Positions 12,000 to 25,279 of a DNA stretch of 64,000 bases are shown piece after piece. The notes beneath the pieces were generated by a model that was not told the DNA's origin, made no database searches, and worked only from the letters and a program-made list of their open reading frames with translations. The DNA lies in contig NC_043010.1 of assembly GCF_006345805.1 (NCBI RefSeq), positions 18,662,001 to 18,726,000 of the forward strand, read 5' to 3'. The DNA is from Octopus sinensis. Taxonomy: Eukaryota. Position 1 is the stretch's first letter. Every line of letters begins with the position of its first letter. The translations under genes and the position numbers were made by a program.

Positions 12000-12620
12000 G
12001 TTCTGGCCCCATAGGGTTTGGAACAAGGGTCGCGAAAAAGATTGACTGTCAACCATGGTAAGTGGCGCCTCCTTATTTGTTTTTGATTTCTTCTCCATCT
12101 AGCATGGCCATACTGAGAGTAAACTGTCTAAAATGCAAATGGCCTTGTGTGGGTGCACAATTAGGTGCACTTGCTGAACAATCTTGAGTCACTACGTCAT
12201 AATGCGGCAGCCTTAAGTAAGAATTAGGATTTTTCGAAACTTACTTATCTTTCATTCTGGACGACTACGAGGTTTACACCTTCGAAAAGCCTAGATCGAA
12301 TTGCCCCAGGTGGGGAGTCGGTGGTTCTTGATGCAAAAAGCAGTGAAGTTTGTGGTATCGTAAGGTAACGAGAAACATTTCTAAGAATGTAGAGCTTATT
12401 AGTGTTAGCAGGTGATGTTAAATCTCGAATGAGGGAGATTTGTTCAAATGGTGCCAACTGTCTAACATGTATCACCAAATGGATTTGTGCAGACTTCGAA
12501 ATCTCATTTGGTTAATCGATAATTGGTTAATCGATAGAGGTAAGTGTGATTCTCCACAGTTTTAAGTTGTTGGTTCTATAAATCATATGGTGGTCTGATT
12601 ACCAGAAGCTGAACGAGACT
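12000..12620 (-). pseudogene. Possible ancient I/Nimb-like LINE ORF1 remnant
   Basis: Broken-frame fragments (VIHVRQL..NTNKLYIL, DCSASAPNC..GH, EEIKNK) resemble ORF1 zinc-knuckle regions; weak. Confidence 0.25.
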
Positions 12621-13193
12621 TTTTGGGTCTGTGAGGCGTTCAGATACTGCATTAGTGGTATTTGACAGGGGTTTACTTTCATTAACAGATGGAGGGACTC
12701 GCGAAAGGGAATAATCATAGCAGTACTCAATAGTTTCATCAAAGAAGTAGCAAGGAGAAAGTAGAAAATAGGAGGAGCGTGTCAGCAGATAAGAGGCACG
12801 TAGAAACGGCTTCGGATGTAAAGTGTTAGAGATGAGGAAGTCCAAGGAGGTGCGTGTGTGGTTTTTTTCAGTAGGATTCTGCAGAACCGTTTCGAAGAAA
12901 CAAAAGACTAATGATGATGATAGACTTCGAAGCCCACTTCGGCTATCTGGCGTGATTCTTATCCGAAGATGCAAGGTGCGGAATGCCAATTTCAGCAGAC
13001 AAAATAGCAAATATACTGAGCAGCTGTTAACGAAAGAGAGCTTTCTTTCTGCTTGTGGTGGACATTTGAATTCATATCTGGCACAGGAATATGAATCTTT
13101 AAGATGAAAGACTGAAATTTCTCCACTTCAGGTGCATAGAAGTATTTTCTTTCTTACTCATTGGCTGGTGTAGTTAATAACTTTTCAGATATG

Positions 13194-13249
13194 CCAAACC
13201 AAACAGAGGAAACAGCAGCATCTGCTGTTGTTTGCTCTGTTTGGTTTGG
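13194..13249. other. Near-perfect 56-nt hairpin
   Basis: 27 stem positions: 25 Watson-Crick pairs, one G-U, one G.G mismatch; 2-4-nt loop. Confidence 0.9.
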
Positions 13250-13743
13250 TCTTTTCGGTGATACTCCATTTCATAGTGACATCATTTATATCTTTTTCTT
13301 TTAAGTATTACTACACCATATATGTTGCAGTAGTTATGTAGGTATGACTTGTGATAGAGATATAGAAACATTACTACCGCAACACATATGGTAAATAAAA
13401 GACAAAAGTATCAGCTGTCACTGTAAAATGAAGGATCGGTGAAAAGTCCAAACCATACATGGAAAGCGGCAGGCAGCATTTGCTGTCGTTTCCTCAACAT
13501 ATTTTGTAACTGCTGTAAAGTTTAAACTATTAATACCCATGTGTGTCTTTCCGTTTGCGTTAAACTTTCAAATCCAACCCATGTTGATTTTGCCTTCCAT
13601 CTTCCAAGGGTCCGTGAAATAAATAGCAATGAGATACAGTAGAAACTATAAGCTTCATGACAGATGTCTACCGGGGCCATAGTCCGATGACTGACACCAT
13701 TTGATTAACCCTTGTGTATATGTTTGTGAGAGTGTGTGTGTGT

Positions 13744-13778
<35 letters not shown>

Positions 13779-14067
13779 GTACAGATAAACAGAGTCACTC
13801 GGTATGTGTATAACAAGAGAGAAGAAAATATCTAAAAGCTGACAAATGAACATAATGAGGTCAACATTTTTAAGAAAGAGGTAAAAACAGAAGTGCCTAC
13901 CTTGTATATTGTTATCGGATATCATGGAAAAAGGGGTGGGTGGGCCAGGTGGGAGAGCTTTGTTACTGTTGACTATTTTTAGATTCAATGAAATAATATT
14001 TCGCAAACACACAAACATCCTTACTTCACCTCCCCCACATGCATACACAAACCTTCCCTTTCCCTCT

Positions 14068-14106
<39 letters not shown>

Positions 14107-14989
14107 TCTCCCCCTCCCTTTTATACACACACACGTTCATTCATAAACTAGTGCTCTATAACTATGGTAAAACCCAGGGTCACGAAGAGGTCAGGTAAGA
14201 TGGTGGCGTGACATTGGAACTATTTCCGTAAAAATTGTGTCGTTGGGTCACATAACTAATGCACACACACACACACACTTACACACTTACAGACGCATGC
14301 ACGCACACACACATACCCACACACAGAGAAAGGGAGAGAAAGAAATACAGTCGTACACTTACACTCGCGCGCATATAAATATTCATAAACATACTTGTAA
14401 CCATGTATTTATGTATGTATGTATGTCTTACGTATGCGTATACTTGCATATGTGTGTATACACGCGCGCGCACACACACCTACGTACACACACACGCTCG
14501 CACGTACGAACACACACACACACACGCGCACACACATGCACGGTGGGGTAGCTATTTACAAACGGTTCTCTAAACGAACAAATTGAATAATGAATGGTTT
14601 TCTGAAGAAAACTAAACTCGCATAACGAACTGAACGAAGAACGAACAACGAGCCGACTACTCACTCGTATAAAAGATTGAGAGCACATTTGTTCAGCGAG
14701 CTGAAATTCGAGCAACAAACTTTGAATAGACTACACACGCGTACAAATGTTGGAAGCGTATATGCGAATGTTACACTAAATGAAAAAATTATTTAGCGAA
14801 TAGGTTCTGGAAAAAAATATTTTCAGCCATCGAGTTGAAATTTGAACAACGAATCACGATTAGACTATGGTCACGTGTTAGTGTCAGAATGTGAGACAGA
14901 AGCGGTTCGTTGTACGCATGACATAGAGCAGCTGTTCCCAACCTGTGGTCCGCTGACCCCTGGAGTGGGGTCTGTGAACTAAATTAAAA

Positions 14990-15676
14990 ATTGCATATAT
15001 ATATGTGTGTGTATATATATATATATAGCCCCTACACGCAATTTTTTTCTCTCCTTGTTTCTTTTCTGTGTATCTTTCTGTCGAAGAGCGTAGGCTCAAA
15101 ACGTAAAAGACTTGTTTTATTTCTATTCCCGAGCGCCATACTAATACATTATTTGTTTGTACTCCACCTGCCTTCGTCTTTTGTTTATTTTCGTAAACCT
15201 TCCGTTATATATATGTATGTATGTATATATATTTGTATTTTTTTCTTGCATTTTATTGTGCAGTTCTTTGTTACGTCCCTTTTTGTGTTACATTTTTTTT
15301 GCTTGTTTTACCCCTCTGCGAGGTTATTTTATTTTAATTCTCTCGCAGGAAGGCCTAGCATTACCGGTCGTGTCCTGTCTTGCTTTCGAAACACGCTATG
15401 TCTGCTAGTGACAGCTGATGAAGGGGATTTTTCCTTGTGTAGCATGTCCTGTACCTCGTTTTTCTGTTGTACATTATGTTTTTCCCGTTTTCGTTCTGTT
15501 CCACGTCTCTGTCCTTCTGTTGTAACAAAATGGCTTTTCCGTTTTCGTTTCTGTTGAGTTTTACGTCTTTTTGTGGTGTCCTGTACGTATATATATTTAT
15601 ATATGCATGTATATATACATGTAGATGTCGGTATGTACATATATGTTTGTATGTATGCATATATTTTATTTATTAC

Positions 15677-15712
<36 letters not shown>

Positions 15713-15900
15713 CAAAATGGGACAAGAACGCAAAACATCCAGAATACGATACAAAAAGTATGGCTGGGTCATTCGAAGCCTTTAATCTTTAGTCAAGAAC
15801 CGGATCATTCTCGCAATTTCGGCTGATTAATCTTGAGATTGCTCCAATCTGGCCAGCCCCAAGGAAAAACTAAGCTAAGAGCACTAGATTCCTTGGAAAA
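14990..15900 (+). mobile_element. Penelope-like pseudo-LTR composite with a decayed minimal hammerhead at 15073-15110
   Basis: TCTTT-CTGTCGA-A-GAGC(GTAG)GCTC-AAAAC-GTA-AAAGA has type I hammerhead topology. 15420-15700 is related to 52030-52310. Confidence 0.55.
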
Positions 15901-16509
15901 GTCGTTCGTGCAAATATGGTTGTGAGATCGCTGACTGGAAGTCCAAATGTGTCCTCTTCTCAAAACAATTATTCACGAAAGGTTTTGTTTTAATCTGTTG
16001 TTGAAGCTTCGTGATTGGTCTCATTAGAGAGGAGACATCGATGGGGAAGATGGAGAGAGAATAACATCTGTGAGGACGACAGCGACGGCGACACCGCCCG
16101 AGCTATTACTATTAAGTTAAGCTGACAGGATCTTAGGTCAATACGTCAGCATTGTTTCATCAATACAACAGAAACGAACGTTCACAGTGCATGGCAGTGT
16201 CTGGACATGCTGAAAGGACATTTTACATTTTGCTCCATGGCAAAGAAATACAAATCGATTGTTCCAATTCATAAATAAATAGAAGAACGGATGAAACTAG
16301 AGCAAAACTGTATCATGTGATTATTAATATTGATCATGTCATCGATGACAATGACGACGAGCGGCTGTGGTGGTGATGGTGGTGGTGGTGGGGAGTGGTA
16401 TGGTGGTATTGGTGGTAGTAGTGGTGGCGGCGGCGGCGGCGATGTTGATGACTTGAATGTGAAATGTGTGCGCGTGTGTATGTATGTGTGTATGTATGTA
16501 TCTATGTAT

Positions 16510-16548
<39 letters not shown>

Positions 16549-16563
16549 GATATACCTACATAT

Positions 16564-16716
16564 ACTAGAGTAGCTGGCGGTGGGAGTAAGGGTGGTCCGC
16601 CTCAGGCGGCACTTTTGGGTCAGCTGTCGGCAATATGTGGGGGGTTTTTTGTTGGGTCCGGAGGCGGTAAACAGAAGGGTCACCCCGAGTGACACACACT
16701 CTAGTTACGCTAGTGC
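16564..16716. mobile_element. Small GC-rich MITE, hAT-like
   Basis: Short inverted ends (ACTAGAGTAGCT / AGTTACGCTAGTG) around a GC-rich core between microsatellites. Confidence 0.35.
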
Positions 16717-16749
16717 ATACATACATACATACATACATACATACATACA

Positions 16750-16780
<31 letters not shown>

Positions 16781-16838
16781 TTATAGAGATAGGGAGAGAA
16801 ATGAAGAGAGAGAGAGAGAGGGAGGGGGGAAGAGAGAG

Positions 16839-16877
<39 letters not shown>

Positions 16878-17464
16878 GAGTTGTATTGAGTTAAAATAAA
16901 GTAGACTTGCAACATTCTGTTGCTCGTTAGGAGGGGAAAAAACATTAAGAAAATGTCTGTCTTTACTCGTTGACGATAAAAACTGCCTTTGGTTGAACTA
17001 TAGCCGAACAGATCCGGTAATGTTTACTTATATCTTTTCTCTAAAGTTATGAAAGACAACTGGAAGCGCAACAACTGAAATGCTGCCGACTCGCAGTATC
17101 ATAAAATATTTTGTTTTTTAAATAGACAAACAGACAGACAGGACGACTCTAAAAATAAAAATACTAATTACAGAAAACATATTTCTGTATAATAAGTGAT
17201 TGGTGTAGTTGTGTACGGATTTGTTACACGCAAAAGTAGGAGTCTTTCACACTTTCATTTAATCTCTTCCTGAATGGTTCGATCCTAGTTCGGAGCACTA
17301 CCTACTTTACCATGGGTCATTTCATTACCCATTCCACGGCAGTTTTTGAATTGCCTTAACTGTCATTAGCTTCGAAGTGTTTTATGCCCCCCAATGTGCC
17401 TCACTCGCTTGGTAGCAGGATTTTTGTTTTTTTACATCTCGGACATTGTTAACAAATGAGAATA

Positions 17465-17770
17465 CTGGCATTCCGTCGGTTGCGATGGTCGAGTGTTCCA
17501 TCTGATCCGATCAACGGAACAGCCTGCTCGCGAAATTTACGTGCAAATGGCTGAGCACTCCGCAGACACGCGTACGTAGCTTCAGGGAAACTCAGCGAGA
17601 AACAGATTGGGACAAGGCTGTCTCTTTGAATTTGAAGTACAATTCATTTTTGCCAATTGAGTGGACTGGAATAACGTGAAATAAAATGTCTTGCTCAAAA
17701 ACACACCGTGCCTCCTCATATTGAACTCACGATCTTACAATCGGGGGCCAAGCAACCTAAGCCACGTGCA
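17465..17770 (-). mobile_element. SINE family C
   Basis: Reverse complement of head, core TCTTGCTCAA and tail GATCCGATCAACGGAACAGCCTGCTCG. Further copies at 18845-19000 (+), 20345-20640 (-), 31620-31805 (+), 40565-40815 (-) and 56935-57225 (-). Confidence 0.75.
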
Positions 17771-17862
17771 TTTATCGATAAAGCTTCCTCAGGTTTTGAA
17801 TCTTTTACAAATCTCATACGTTTCTTTATCCCCACCCACTAAGATATTGATTTAACTTTAGC

Positions 17863-18245
17863 AGGCCGGGCGAAATGCGTAGCCATATTTCGTCTGCCGT
17901 TACGTTCTGAGTTCAAGTTCCGCCGAGGTCGACTTTACCTTTCATCCTTTCGGGGTCGATAAATTAAGTACCAGTTACGCACTGGGGTCGATATAATCGA
18001 CTTAATCCATTTGTCTGTCCTTGTTTGTCCCCTCTATGTTTAGCCCCTTGTGGGTAATAAAGGAATAGGTATTTCGTCCGTCTTTACGTTCTGAGTTCAA
18101 ATTCCGCCGAGGTCGACTTTACCTTTTATCTTTTCAGGGTCGATAAATTAAGTACTAGTGAGACACTGGGTCGGTGTAATCGACTATCCCCACCCCACCC
18201 ATCCCCCAAATTCCCGTCCTTGTGCCTATAGTAGAAAGAATTATA
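17863..18245 (+). mobile_element. Family A SINE dimer, 5'-truncated
   Basis: Internal junction GGAATAG|GTATTTCG at 18068/18069. Confidence 0.8.
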
Positions 18246-19266
18246 TTCCAATCGAAATGCAGTTTTGACATTAGCGTTACCCATGTCCAGAACTGTTTGC
18301 TTTTTAACACCATACGTTCCACAAAATTTTGCCATACAAGCATCAGCCCTAAATTTCCTTCGAAGTCCCAGTTTTCATTTCACAGATGGAGGAGAACATA
18401 TTTCTTTCTTTCTTTTGATTATTACTAAAATAGGAAAATGAAAATGCTGCAAATCACAGGAATATTTATGAAAATTGCCAAATAACATTAAGCTGTGCCG
18501 CGTAATTGTGGCGGTTATTTTCCCGGAGTGTGCACTGTGCTACATCGCTGACTCAGCTAGTGTTGGTATAGTATGAACAGAAAAGAAACAGAAACCAATT
18601 GGTTAGTTTAATCTGACGTTATCCTCTCTTCTGAATGCGTATTATTAGATTCGAAAACAAATTATAATCAGATTCTAACAAGAACAGAAATATTATAAAG
18701 AAAACCTACAGAAGCTAATATATTTCCAATGAATTCCTATATACGAACAATTCTCATTTCATCACCAGCCGTTGACAGATAGAAAGCACAGGCTTTCTCA
18801 CCGCGGTTTTGTCACCATGAAGTTTGTGGCAATCGTTCTTTGAAGCCGTGTGGCTTAGTGGTGAGGGGTGTTCGGTCTACGATCGTAAGATCATGAGTTC
18901 GATATTTAACAATGTGTTGTGTCCTTGAGCAAGTCTTTTTTTTTACGTTGCTCCAGTATACTCAGCTGGTAGCAATGAGTTATATCAGTAATTCGAATGG
19001 TTAGCAGACATGAGAATAGCGCGATTGTCACCATGAAAATAGTTGTGGTGGGCCAGCCGTAATTGCTAAATCAGTTAAAATGTCGTAGATCCCAGCAGTT
19101 TATAACTGTTGCAGTTAGTTTTTATCAAAGGCCAACACAGAAAACATTGAGTGCAGTAAATAAGGCTTCTGTTAATTGCTTCTGAGTGTTGATAATTACT
19201 TCTACATGCAGCCCTAAAAAAACACTTTTATTCACCAGCATCAACCACGACTGCCACAACGACAGT

Positions 19267-19620
19267 GGAGACGCAATGGCCCAGTGGTTAGGGCAGCAGA
19301 CTCACAGTCGGAGGATCGCGGTTTCGATTCCCAGACCGGGCGTTGAGTGTGTTTATTGGGCGAAAACACCTAAAGCTCCACGAGGCTCCGGCAGGGAGTG
19401 GTGGCGACCCCTGTTGTACTCTTTCGCCCCAACTTTCTCGCACTCTTTCTTCCTGTTTCTTGTCTCCGACTTCCTACGCAACCGCTGAGCCTGGATGCGC
19501 AATCATCCATCTGTCGATGCTCTCGGTGTCGCGGGTTGACCTGCTTTCTCTTCTGCGGGTCTTACGAATAGCAAAGGACCACGTTTTGGACTTCCCCCAT
19601 CTTGCGAGCTCTGGGACGAA
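19267..19620 (+). mobile_element. tRNA SINE family D
   Basis: Head GGAGACGCAATGGCCCAGTGGTTAGGG..GTTTCGATTCCCAGACC. A second copy at 30707-31075 has the same head but a family-C-type tail. Confidence 0.7.
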
Positions 19621-19710
19621 GATGGTTCGCTTAACAGCAACAGCAGCCACAACGACAACATCATTATCTCACATCATATGTTTAGCAGGAAGAATATAGC
19701 CAAGGAGTGA

Positions 19711-20088
19711 AGGCGAAGGGAGCTGGCAGAATCGTTAGGACGCCGCGCGAAATGCGTAGCCGTAATTCGTCTGCCGTTACGTTCTGAGTTCAAATTCCGC
19801 CGAGGTCGACTTTGCCCTTCATCCTTTCGGGGTCGATAAATTAAGTACCAGTTGCGCACTAGGGTCGATCTAATCTGTCCTTGTTTGTACACTCTGTGTT
19901 TAGCTCCTTGTGGGTAGTCAAGAAATAGGTATTTCGTCTGCCGTTACGTTCTGAGTTCAAATTCCGCCGACGTCGACTTTGCCTTTCATTCTTTCGGGGT
20001 CGATAAATTAAGTACCAGTTGCATACTGGGGTCGATCTAATCGACTGCCCCCTCCCCCAAAATTTCAGGCCTTGTGCCTAGAGTAGAA
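19711..20088 (+). mobile_element. Family A SINE dimer
   Basis: Junction at 19928/19929; 21-bp TSD AAGAATATAGCCAAGGAGTGA at 19690-19710 and 20089-20109. Confidence 0.85.
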
Positions 20089-20689
20089 AAGAATATAGCC
20101 AAGGAGTGAGCAGGACAGGAGGGGGTGAATGAATTCGTAAAGTAAGGAACTAAAGGTTAATCAGTTGATAGGGGTTAGAAAGAAAGGGAATATTTCTGAA
20201 AGGGATAAATAAGGGAATTATAAATGCGATGTGTACAAGTGAAATGTTGCTCACCTTTGTTCTTTGTTTTCCTTACACTCCTTTCGTCCTATCATCATCC
20301 TTCCACTGTGGTGTAGTTACCTGAGGTGTTTAGGGATTTCTCAGAACACTGGTTCTTCGTCGGTAACGACGTCGAGTGTTCCAGTCGATCCGATCAACGG
20401 AGCAGCCTGCTCGTAAAATTAACAGGCAAGTGGCTGAGCACTCCAGACATGCGTAACCCTTAACGTAGTTCTCAGGAAGATTCAGCGTGACACAAAAGGT
20501 GACAAAGCTGCTGGCCCTTCGAATTACTGGTACAACGTGAAAAAAAAAAGTCGCTTAAGGACACAGTACATTTCTCGGTATCGAACTCACGACTTTACGA
20601 TCGTGAGCCGAATATCCTAACCACTACGCCATGTGCCTTCAAAGAGCGATCGCCACAAATTACATAACAGGAGACAAAAAAGTTGTTCA

Positions 20690-21262
20690 CATGAAGTTCA
20701 GTGTCGTAAAAAACAAAATGAACATAAATTGCGCCAGAAGTGACGATACTGAAACCTCAAAACTTCATAAACTTAGGAACAGTTAATTATTTAGTGTCTT
20801 CTAATAACAAAATGAGCATTTCTAAAATAGCAGTTGAGGTACACCGCTGCAACGTAGTGTAACCCAACAATATCACGTGAAAAACCACAGGGACGCATTT
20901 GATATCCCACGGGTGGGCTTCCTGGGTTAGTTTATGTCCCATAGATAGACGTGAAGTGCTGAGCCGTTCTTTAAATCTTCTTTGATCCAATGACGAGAGA
21001 ATCTGTACAGACTTTGGAAGGGCCGTGGATGCTCGCCAAAAAGAAATTCGTGTAACACTGTTGAATGACAAATGCTTTGTCTACGCCGTATCTGTATGAG
21101 CTTGAGGCAAAATACGTTCAGTGACAATGAAAAAGTTATACATACGATCTGTGCATCGTTTTCATGTTGCATAATTATTATGAAATTATGTGATTTTCCT
21201 TGCTGTCACTTTCAATTTCTGTTGCAATTTACTTTCCCTTTTTCATGACACTGAACTGCATG
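20690..21262 (+). mobile_element. Internally deleted Tc1/Tc3-like DNA transposon
   Basis: Imperfect inverted ends (CATGAAGTTCAGTGTCGTAAAAA / TTTTTCATGACACTGAACTGCATG). Internal remnant MSISKIAVEVHRC..DARQKEIRVTLLNDKCFVY resembles the Tc3 DNA-binding region. Confidence 0.5.
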
Positions 21263-21529
21263 ATTAGCCAGAAAAGCCAGTTTTGCTTTATTACCATTGG
21301 TTATATCATTGACTGGTTTTAACATTTTTTATGAATTCCCTATCGTTGCTGGGTGTGAGGTACTCAAAGCGCGTAACTATAATATAACAGCCTTACAAAC
21401 GCATACGCAAACAGGGTAGCAGATCAAGACTGGCAGCCATTTTCTTATTCAGATTTCATCCGGTTTATTCTATATCCAGCTTAACAGGATCCGCTTTAAA
21501 CAGGATGTACTAAATAGAAAGACAAGCAG

Positions 21530-21539
21530 GTAGATAGAC

Positions 21540-21603
<64 letters not shown>

Positions 21604-21662
21604 GGATGGATGGATGGATGGATGGATGGATGGATGGATGGATGGATGGATGGATGGATGGA
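21530..21662. repeat. (GATA)n(GGAT)n compound microsatellite
   Basis: Directly visible. Confidence 0.95.
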
Positions 21663-22223
21663 TATAGTTATGTATGTATCATATATGTACAGAGAAAGAG
21701 AGAGGGAGGAGAGGGGAAAGAAAGAGAGAGGTGGGAAATAGCAGCTGTTTGAGTAACAGCTGGAGAAATATGGTTTAAGAGAGAGAGAGGGTGGTATTGA
21801 GGAAAAAGTGGAAAAATGTACGTGAGCGATGGGAACAGATTGACACGGAAAGGGAGAGAGAGAGAAAGAGAGAGTGAAAGGAAAATAGAGAGCCTGTGAG
21901 GTTGAATGAGTGAAGAAGAGAGAGGAAGGGGAGGAGAAGTGAGTTGTTTTGACGAAGTGACTTTGAGGTGTTATTCTGAGGGTAACAGTAAATAAATTAG
22001 GTCATTTTGGTATGATGTATTTCACACGTGTACATCATCAAATTGTCAAGTCTTTCATCCCACCTTGTCTGTGTGAGTTTGTGTGTTTACGTTTGCTATC
22101 CAAAGGTATTTTAAACCAACACTTACAAACTTTTATTTATAGCTTTTTCAGCTTCGAGTTTCATCGTTCCAAATAATAGTTCCTTTTCATTCTCTCGAAA
22201 TCTATGAATTCTTACGACGTCAT

Positions 22224-22254
<31 letters not shown>

Positions 22255-22256
<2 letters not shown>

Positions 22257-22610
22257 CGCAGGCGTGGCCGTATGATAAGAAGCTTGCTTCCCAACCACAT
22301 GGTCCCGGGTTCAGTCCCACTGCGTGCTACCTTGGGCAAGTGTCTTCTACTATGGCCTGGGGCCGACCAAAGCCTTGTGAGAGGATTTAGTAAAATGGAA
22401 ACTGATATCAGTGTGTGTGTGTGTGTGTGTGTGTGTCTGTGTTTGTTGGTGTGTTTACGTCCCCGTAACTTAGCGGTTCGTCAAGAGAGGTGATAGATTA
22501 CCGATAGTACTAGGGTTACAAAGAATAAGTCCTGGGATCGATTTGTTCGACTAAAGGCGGTGCTCCAGCATGGCCGCAATCATATGAGTAAAACGAATAA
22601 AAGAAAATAT
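22255..22610 (+). mobile_element. CORE-type tRNA SINE (family B)
   Basis: Head GGCGCAGGCGTGGCCGTATGATAAGAAGC..GGGTTCAGTCCC, core ACCTTGGGCAAGTGTCTT, internal (GT)n. Other copies at 27880-28110 (-), 32700-33075 (-), 37400-37585 (-), 53197-53500 (+) and 63030-63590 (-, two). Confidence 0.75.
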
Positions 22611-22628
22611 ATGTGTATGTGTGTGTGC

Positions 22629-22680
<52 letters not shown>

Positions 22681-23724
22681 CACACATTGGTGATTAGACA
22701 CACGAAAGAATGGCAGACTCTACACATTTAGTGGGAGCTACTATAATTATTTAAAACTGTTTGAATCGGGACTCATGTATCTTAAAGCCTCAGAAAACAG
22801 TGTTATTGGGGACAGCTAGGATATATAGGAAAGTTCTTAGTGAAGAACGATGTTTGGGATTTTTCTCTTCCTACAGTTTACTCTTTATGTAAAGGCCACA
22901 AGATCGGGGAAGAGTGTAAGTCGATTTACTCAACTGGTACTTATTTTATCGACCCCGAGAGGATGAAAGGCAAAATCGACCTCGGCAGCATTTTTCCCGG
23001 CGTGCTAACGATTCTGCTAACTCATCGCATTGATAACAACAACAACAATAATAAATGCCCTGATGCAGTACCAGACACTGGCTCTCAGCTTCTGATCTTA
23101 ACTGATTGGAGGAAGGGGGGGGGGTTGTTTTGACGAAGTGACTTTGTGAAGTCTTGGTGTAAAAGATGGGCTACAATAAATATTCTGTTCAATATCACAG
23201 ATTTGCTTGTCAATTGTTTGACCTTAACCAGTTGGGCATGTCCCTTAGTGGCTGACGATATGTGCATCTCTGATCACGAGCAAAAGTAGTGGGGAAGCAT
23301 CATAGCCATGTGTTCCGAAGAATTCTTTAGAGTTTAAATAATTCACCTCTGGAAATATGAGTATTTCGTTCAACGTCTTTAAAAATCCCTTATTCAGGGA
23401 CCTTTTGAGCAGGATGGGCTACTCGACCTGAAGAAAAAAATTCTAACTGGATCCCACCTGCAAGGTCATACGCTGTTTATCTTGATATGAGATCCCCCAT
23501 GTCGTGCACATATGGTTGTGATGCTTGTGCCTCGTGTACCCTTATCAGACAGGTAGTCATCATGGGTATTTTGGGCTTCGTATATTTTACCCCAGTGTCA
23601 CTTTCATGGCATGCTCTGTTCTCTCACTCGATAATAATAATATGTGCGTATGTGTGTGCGTGTGTATGTGTGTGTGTGTGTGTATGTGCGTGTGTGTGTG
23701 TGTGAGAGAGAGAGAGTGCGCGCG

Positions 23725-23763
<39 letters not shown>

Positions 23764-23764
23764 G

Positions 23765-23814
<50 letters not shown>

Positions 23815-23829
23815 TAAACAGATGGATAG

Positions 23830-23871
<42 letters not shown>

Positions 23872-24289
23872 TGCCACATCTACTTAAATGGCCAGTCTAG
23901 GAAGGCGGGAAGGATGTTAATATAATCCAAAACAATTAATTGTGTGTATATGTGTGTATGTGTGTGCGTGTAAAGTGTTTATAAATGCATAAAAACGAAC
24001 ACTATCTGAATGTAGAATCTGTTACTGGCAACTTCATTGTTAGTGACTTCGAAGTCATGGAGGGCAGCTTGGTAAGCTGTCAGTTTCACCAAATAACGAA
24101 GTTACTTTCAATGAAATTCACTATAATAATAATATTGATAACATCTAAAGGAAGATGCCTCTTCTCCATTTACCTTGGTGAATGTAGTATTGGCCAGGAG
24201 GAATTTATGTCATCAGACGGTATCCAACGATCACCGGGTGTTTCGACGCTGAACCATAACGCATCGCGTTGTTGAATCAGCAGAGGTGA

Positions 24290-25230
24290 CCATATCACTG
24301 CTCATCATCTCTTCCTCGCTTCCAGCTTTACTCCTCTCTCTTGCTCCATATTCTGCAAGAGGCTCTTTCTGCTGCCTCTCCGGTCCTCTGCACAGCCCCC
24401 ACCTTCGCCCTATTCCTCTTACTCCACTGACTATCATCATCCTCTCTACTAACTGGTCAGGCAATCCCCTACAACCAACCTCAACTACGAGTAACCATAA
24501 CCGCCATCCCTTCTCCCAGCAATCTTGTAAAAGCTCTGGTACTTGGCATGTTCCCATTCAAAGGCTTGATCGTATCTTTTTACCCATGTGACTGTAAGTT
24601 CGATCAGGATTATTTTTATGGCTTTTCTTGGCCACAAGACCGCATCTGGCCCCAGAATTGTCTGGATGACATGGCTAAACTGCAATCTTTTCTCCAGGTC
24701 TACTTTCAAATCCCATGGTTAGGCCCCATGTAATAGACTGTCCTTTTTGTTGTTGTCAGTCTTTTCCCTTTCCTTCACCAACTTGATTTCTGGTGCTTTT
24801 TTCCTCCATTGCTGTTGTTATTTCTTGAGTATTTCCTATTCCAGGATGTATGTGAGTGTTGCTAGCACCTTGTTAAGGGGCCACTTGTATCTCTTTTGAG
24901 TAAGTGCTGTTTTTCACCCTGACAAGATTTGTGCGAGGGTGCCCCTTTCTCTACAAAGTCTGTTCTGGCGGTCCCCTTTCACATCTCATCTGTGCAGGTT
25001 TTTTGGGGTTAGGAGTGCCTCATACAGTGCCCGCAACAGGGAGGAGATGCAAGAAGGTTTTAGTCCATGTGAACTTCCTCTTGGGGAGGTTCCCATGTAT
25101 TCCAAGCTCCCTGAGATACCAGCTCCACAGCTGTTGACCGTCTTTCTTCCAGCTGGTGCGGTACTTCTCCCTGGATCATGGTCCTCTTTTCCTTGGTATC
25201 TCTCTTCTTCCATTTCCGACAGCTAACTAT
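24290..25230 (-). mobile_element. 5'-truncated HERO-clade (RLE-type) non-LTR retrotransposon, frameshifted
   Basis: Fragments LLRALYEALLTPKNLHRW, VDLEKRLQF..GPDAVLW..IILIELTVTW..AKYQ and ELLQDCWEKGW..VEVGCRG match the HERO C-terminus (PD..IELTVPWE..EVGCRGF). Confidence 0.75.
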
Positions 25231-25279
25231 TCCAGTTCAACTAACACATACGAAACATACCTTCTCTCTCTCTCTCTCT

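Noticed and set aside
14760-14880. Possible mariner N-terminal remnant (KFEQRITI); also 5280-5470
   Set aside because: Too short and degenerate, and no TIRs were found.
15385-15440. GAAAC..GTC..CTGATGA as a permuted hammerhead (also 52025-52060)
   Set aside because: Stems I and II cannot be formed, and the two copies disagree between the motifs.
16330-16692. Gly-rich 120-aa ORF
   Set aside because: Built from (GGT)n, (CA)n and a MITE; no gene structure.
23130-23600. Possible LINE 5'UTR with an HDV-like ribozyme
   Set aside because: Only one copy is in the window, and I could not fold a nested double pseudoknot by eye.
24190-24290. GAAAC..CTGATGA in the HERO 3'UTR (minus strand)
   Set aside because: Stem I is weak and stem II does not close; not a supportable ribozyme.
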